A DNA stretch of 64,000 bases from an uncultured Bacteroidales bacterium (GTDB lineage Bacteria; Bacteroidota; Bacteroidia; Bacteroidales; UBA932): contig CAMYAE010000005.1 of the NCBI GenBank assembly GCA_947253655.1, positions 5,078-69,077 on the forward strand, read 5' to 3'. Shown one piece after another: positions 60,551 through 64,000 of the stretch. Made by a program: the position numbers and the translations under genes. Position 1 is the first letter of the stretch; the number at the start of each line of letters is the position of its first letter. The notes below the pieces were generated by a model. It saw only the letters and a list, made by a program, of their open reading frames with translations, had not been told where the DNA came from and did not search any database.

Positions 60551-61872
60551 TTTTTCTTTTCCGCATTTCCGTAATACTTTGGCCAACAGCTCTTGAGGTA
60601 AGATTTAAGGGCATTTTCATGGCTGTTGTCAGCAGGCTCATAAAAGACGTTTCCCTCCAATCCTTCGGGCATAAATTCCAAATCGACGAAATGACCGGGA
60701 TAGTCGTGGGCATATCTGTAACCGTCACCGTAGCCTAACTCGTCCATTAGCTTAGTCGGGGCATTCCTCAAATACAGTGGCACCTGAGCGCTTTGTGTCT
60801 GTCCGGCCACCTCAAGGGCCTTGTTTACAGCCATATATGCGGAATTGCTTTTAGGCGAGCATGCAAGATATATCGCAGTTTCAGACAAAGGAATTCTGGC
60901 TTCGGGCATACCGATATTGTGTACAATTCTGAAACAAGAATCCGCCAAAAGCAATGCGTTGGGATTGGCAAGACCTATGTCCTCAGCAGCAAGAATGCAG
61001 AGCCGGCGAGCAATGAAAAGCGGATCCTCGCCCCCGTCCAGCATCCGTGCAAGATAATACACGGCGGCATTCGGATCCGAACCCCTAACGCTTTTTATGA
61101 ATGCCGATATGATGTCGTAATGCAGCTCTCCGCCTTTGTCATATCTTATTGCATTCTTTTTAAGGGTAAATACCACCTTATCGTTATTCAGGATAATGCT
61201 TCCGTTCTTGTCTGACGAGTCTATAATCAGTTCGAGTATATTCAACAGCTTGCGTGCATCCCCTCCGGAATACCTGAACAGGGCATCAGTCTCCTCGACC
61301 TCGATATTCAGGTTTCTAAGGATTTCGTCTTCTTGCAGTGCTCTGTCCAACAGCACTTTAAGGTCGGAGGCTTCCAGAGGTTCAAGCACGAAAACCTGGC
61401 AGCGTGAAAGCAAAGGATTAATCACTTCAAAGGAGGGATTCTCGGTCGTTGCACCTATAAGGACGATCGTGCCGTCTTCAACCGCACTGAGCAAGGCGTC
61501 TTGCTGCGATTTGCTGAAACGGTGAATCTCATCTATAAAAAGAATAGGAGAAGCCTTTGTCCCGTTGAAGACCGATACTTTATCCTCTTTTGACCGCTCT
61601 ATGATTTCACGCACCTCCTTGACTCCGGCATTGACTGCGGAAAGGGTGTGGAATTCCCTTTCTGTCATTTCGGCCACAATCCTTGCAAGAGTGGTCTTAC
61701 CGACACCCGGCGGCCCCCAGAGTATGAACGAGGTCATATTGCCGGAAGAAATCATGTTCCTTAGCACGCAGCCGTCGCCTACAAGATGTTTCTGCCCGAC
61801 GTATTCATTAAGGTTACGGGGCCTCATCCTCTCCGGGAGAGGTGGGAGCATCTTGTTTTGCACGTCCATCAA
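60538..61872 (-). CDS. rarA: Replication-associated recombination protein A (AAA+ ATPase RarA/MgsA)
   Basis: LWGPPGVGKTTLARIVA, FIDEIHRF, MgsA C-terminal helical domain. Confidence 0.85.
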   Translation of the reverse strand: MMDVQNKMLPPLPERMRPRNLNEYVGQKHLVGDGCVLRNMISSGNMTSFILWGPPGVGKTTLARIVAEMTEREFHTLSAVNAGVKEVREIIERSKEDKVSVFNGTKASPILFIDEIHRFSKSQQDALLSAVEDGTIVLIGATTENPSFEVINPLLSRCQVFVLEPLEASDLKVLLDRALQEDEILRNLNIEVEETDALFRYSGGDARKLLNILELIIDSSDKNGSIILNNDKVVFTLKKNAIRYDKGGELHYDIISAFIKSVRGSDPNAAVYYLARMLDGGEDPLFIARRLCILAAEDIGLANPNALLLADSCFRIVHNIGMPEARIPLSETAIYLACSPKSNSAYMAVNKALEVAGQTQSAQVPLYLRNAPTKLMDELGYGDGYRYAHDYPGHFVDLEFMPEGLEGNVFYEPADNSHENALKSYLKSCWPKYYGNAEKKNQKG

Positions 61873-63050
61873 ATATCCTTATATACTACGCGCCTGCGTT
61901 TTTTCTGTTCAAATTCGAAATTGTCCCAGGGGGACTGTATCATGAAATTGGTTTCAAGTTCGGCATTGCTTTCGCCGTATTTGAAGCCGGCTTTGTTGTA
62001 ACGCGGAATCAGGTCGTTGAATATAAGCGCCAAAAGGCCGTGGTTGCGGTATTCCGCCTTTACCCCTATAAGCAGCAGTTCAACGCAGTCCTCATGTTTG
62101 AAATACAATGACTTGATAATATGGTACCAGCCGAAAGGAAACAGTTTCCCGCGACATTTGCGCAGAGCATTGACTATGCTCGGCATGCTAAGTCCGAAAG
62201 CCACTATATTCTTGTTTTTATCCTCGACTAAGGTGATGTATTTCAAGTCAATAAGGCCTAAATAGAAATTGACGTATTTGTCTATCATCTCTTCCGTAAG
62301 CTGGGTGAAATTGTAAAGATTCTTGTAGGTCTCGTTTACAAGGGCAAAAATCTTGTGCCCCAACTTTTCTTTACGGATTTCTCTACGTGTTATTTTCCTG
62401 ACCCTGACACCGTATTTCTCAGGGATGATTTTTGCAAGCCGTTCGATTCGTTCCGGCACGCTGTCCGGAATGAAGATCTTATATTCAAGCCAGTCAATCT
62501 CTTTACGGAAGCCGAGCGCCTCCATGTGTTTCGGATAATAAGGATAATTGTAGAGGAGCACCATGGTGCACATTTCCTCAAATCCCTCGACAAGCATGCC
62601 CTCCGGGTCAAAATCGGTAAAGCCCAAAGGACCTACTATCTTTTCCATGCCTTTAGCTTTCCCATATTCTATCACCTTGTCGATCAGGGCTTTTGAGACT
62701 TCCAAGTCGTCTATATAGTCGATCCAGCCGAACCGGACTTCCTTATGATTCCATTTTTTGTTGGCCTTATGGTTGACAATTGCCGCCACCCGGCCGGCAA
62801 GTTTTCCGTCTTTGTAGGCGAGGTATAATGCAGCTTCCGAAAATTCAAAAGCCGGATTCTTCTTCGGGTCGAGGGTGGATAGTTCATCCATGGATAATTT
62901 AGGAACATAGTATTTGGAATCCTTATACAGAGTATTCGGAAATTCCACAAAGTCCCTAAGCTGTTTTCTGTTTTTTACCTGGATCAGTTCTACTGACATA
63001 ATATCCGGTTGAGGTTTATTGTAACCTGCAAAGTTAGTTATATTTAACAC
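61869..63050 (-). CDS. GNAT-fold acyltransferase-like protein (hypothetical)
   Basis: Motif-A-like VKAEYRNHGLLALIF; 393 aa. Confidence 0.35.
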   Translation of the reverse strand: MLNITNFAGYNKPQPDIMSVELIQVKNRKQLRDFVEFPNTLYKDSKYYVPKLSMDELSTLDPKKNPAFEFSEAALYLAYKDGKLAGRVAAIVNHKANKKWNHKEVRFGWIDYIDDLEVSKALIDKVIEYGKAKGMEKIVGPLGFTDFDPEGMLVEGFEEMCTMVLLYNYPYYPKHMEALGFRKEIDWLEYKIFIPDSVPERIERLAKIIPEKYGVRVRKITRREIRKEKLGHKIFALVNETYKNLYNFTQLTEEMIDKYVNFYLGLIDLKYITLVEDKNKNIVAFGLSMPSIVNALRKCRGKLFPFGWYHIIKSLYFKHEDCVELLLIGVKAEYRNHGLLALIFNDLIPRYNKAGFKYGESNAELETNFMIQSPWDNFEFEQKKRRRVVYKDI

Positions 63051-63069
63051 ATCTGCAACAGAGAGGGCA

Positions 63070-63120
63070 AATAATAATATATAAACGGTGGCGTGTCCTT
63101 GCCATATAGCGACACGCCAC
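63070..63120 (-). terminator. Rho-independent terminator downstream of the cydB-like gene
   Basis: 11-bp perfect stem GGTGGCGTGTC / GACACGCCACC (63086-63120) with 13-nt loop. On the minus strand it is followed by GUUUAUAUAUUAUUAUUU. Confidence 0.5.
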
Positions 63121-63163
63121 CGAGATAAGACAGGATTGCCATTAAGGCAAAACTCCTTTATAA

Positions 63164-64000
63164 TTAATATTTTATGCCGTTATCCTTGATTTCTTCCTCG
63201 GAAATCTTCTTCTTGTCCATCTGATGCCAGGCGTAGACTATATATGCCAGGACAAAAGGAATTGCCAACGATACGAAGAACATGCTCTTGAGAGTAAACT
63301 CACTGGACGAGCTGTTGCGTATAGTAAGGGAACTTTGAAGATCGGTATATGAAGGGTAATATGCAGTGCCGTTATAGCCGGCAATGAAGAATACGGCGAG
63401 AACTACCAGGACAGTCCCGAAGCCTGCCGGCCAAATACCGTATCTTGATTTGGTGAATGCCCCCATGTACAGGCCTGAAAGCACTGCCACAACTCCGGCC
63501 AGCAGCATTATAAGCACTATCGGCATTTGAAGCAGGTTATGCAGGTATTTGAATTTCTCCATACTTACTGTCCCGTCCTCGGCTACTGCAAAGCCTTCCT
63601 TTGTAAGGATAAGAGCCAGGAATGTTAGCACTGCAACAAGGAAGAAGATGCTGATAATCTTAATGGTACAGCGCATTCTCCTGTCCAGGTCGGCATCATT
63701 CACGTTGTTGACAATATACAGTGCGCCTAAGAGGACGTCAAGGAAGAGTATTGACAGGCCAAGGCTAAGGCAAATAGGCTGCGTAAGGGCTTCAAGTCCA
63801 TGCCAGGAGTTCCCCCATGTACTTATTATGCTTGAATGTCCGTCACCGAGAATGGCATTTTTGTTTACGATGAAATCCGAGCCGGTGAAGAAGGTGCCGA
63901 CAGCGGCCCCGACAATAAGCGGTGCAAGTATTCCGTTGATTACCAGGAAAATCCTGAAAGCTCTGCTACCTAAAATATTGTGCTTCTTGTTTTGGAATTC
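63164..64000 (-). CDS. cydB: Cytochrome bd-type quinol oxidase subunit II-like membrane protein, C-terminal part (gene continues beyond window end)
   Basis: The reading frame is open from 64000 down to the stop at 63164. The track M at 63703 is an internal GTG. Multi-TM hydrophobic protein. Confidence 0.45.
   Translation of the reverse strand, partial: EFQNKKHNILGSRAFRIFLVINGILAPLIVGAAVGTFFTGSDFIVNKNAILGDGHSSIISTWGNSWHGLEALTQPICLSLGLSILFLDVLLGALYIVNNVNDADLDRRMRCTIKIISIFFLVAVLTFLALILTKEGFAVAEDGTVSMEKFKYLHNLLQMPIVLIMLLAGVVAVLSGLYMGAFTKSRYGIWPAGFGTVLVVLAVFFIAGYNGTAYYPSYTDLQSSLTIRNSSSSEFTLKSMFFVSLAIPFVLAYIVYAWHQMDKKKISEEEIKDNGIKY

Overview
The window is a Bacteroidales-type chromosome segment with two clearly different parts; no CRISPR array, tRNA or rRNA was found.

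**Positions 1-25,800: mosaic accessory island.** It has patchy GC, is scarred by insertion sequences, and is packed with defence and mobile-element genes.
- A large SF2-helicase-like ATPase, truncated at the window start and absent from the ORF track, sits divergent to a WYL (BrxR/CapW-like) regulator.
- An HD-domain (p)ppGpp-hydrolase-like (SAH) gene is followed 30 bp later by a HIRAN-domain gene.
- A HipB-HipS-HipT tripartite toxin-antitoxin locus has a single in-frame TAG between hipS and hipT.
- IS debris: an IS21 IstB remnant, and two ~0.6 kb internally deleted IS256-family copies in inverted orientation bracketing ~8.8 kb.
- Inside that bracket: an AbiEi remnant, a DinD/Bro-N gene, a frameshifted unknown gene, two degraded paralogous secreted-protein genes, a eukaryotic-like Ser/Thr kinase translationally coupled to a 508-aa TPR protein, and a stand-alone Upf1-like SF1 helicase.
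- A Dcm + McrB-like + McrC-like (BsuMI/LlaJI-type) restriction-modification operon.
- A high-GC stretch of frameshifted Xis/HTH_17-like fragments abuts mnmE and marks the right boundary of the island.

**Positions 25,800-64,000: conserved core genes.** mnmE, carA, carB, rho, an lptD-like gene, an amidase-SPOR gene, dnaA, rpe, birA, rsfS-ftsH-cdsA, psd, ispG, two outer-membrane proteins, a bifunctional RelA/SpoT, yihY, ligA, PPi-PFK, a GH13 enzyme, a TrmH-family methyltransferase, a BamA/TamA-like protein, rarA, a GNAT-like protein and a partial cydB.

The most novel-looking complete unit is the kinase + TPR operon; the SAH + HIRAN pair and the single-gene SF1 helicase are secondary candidates. 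All calls rest on motifs read from the translations, with no database search possible.
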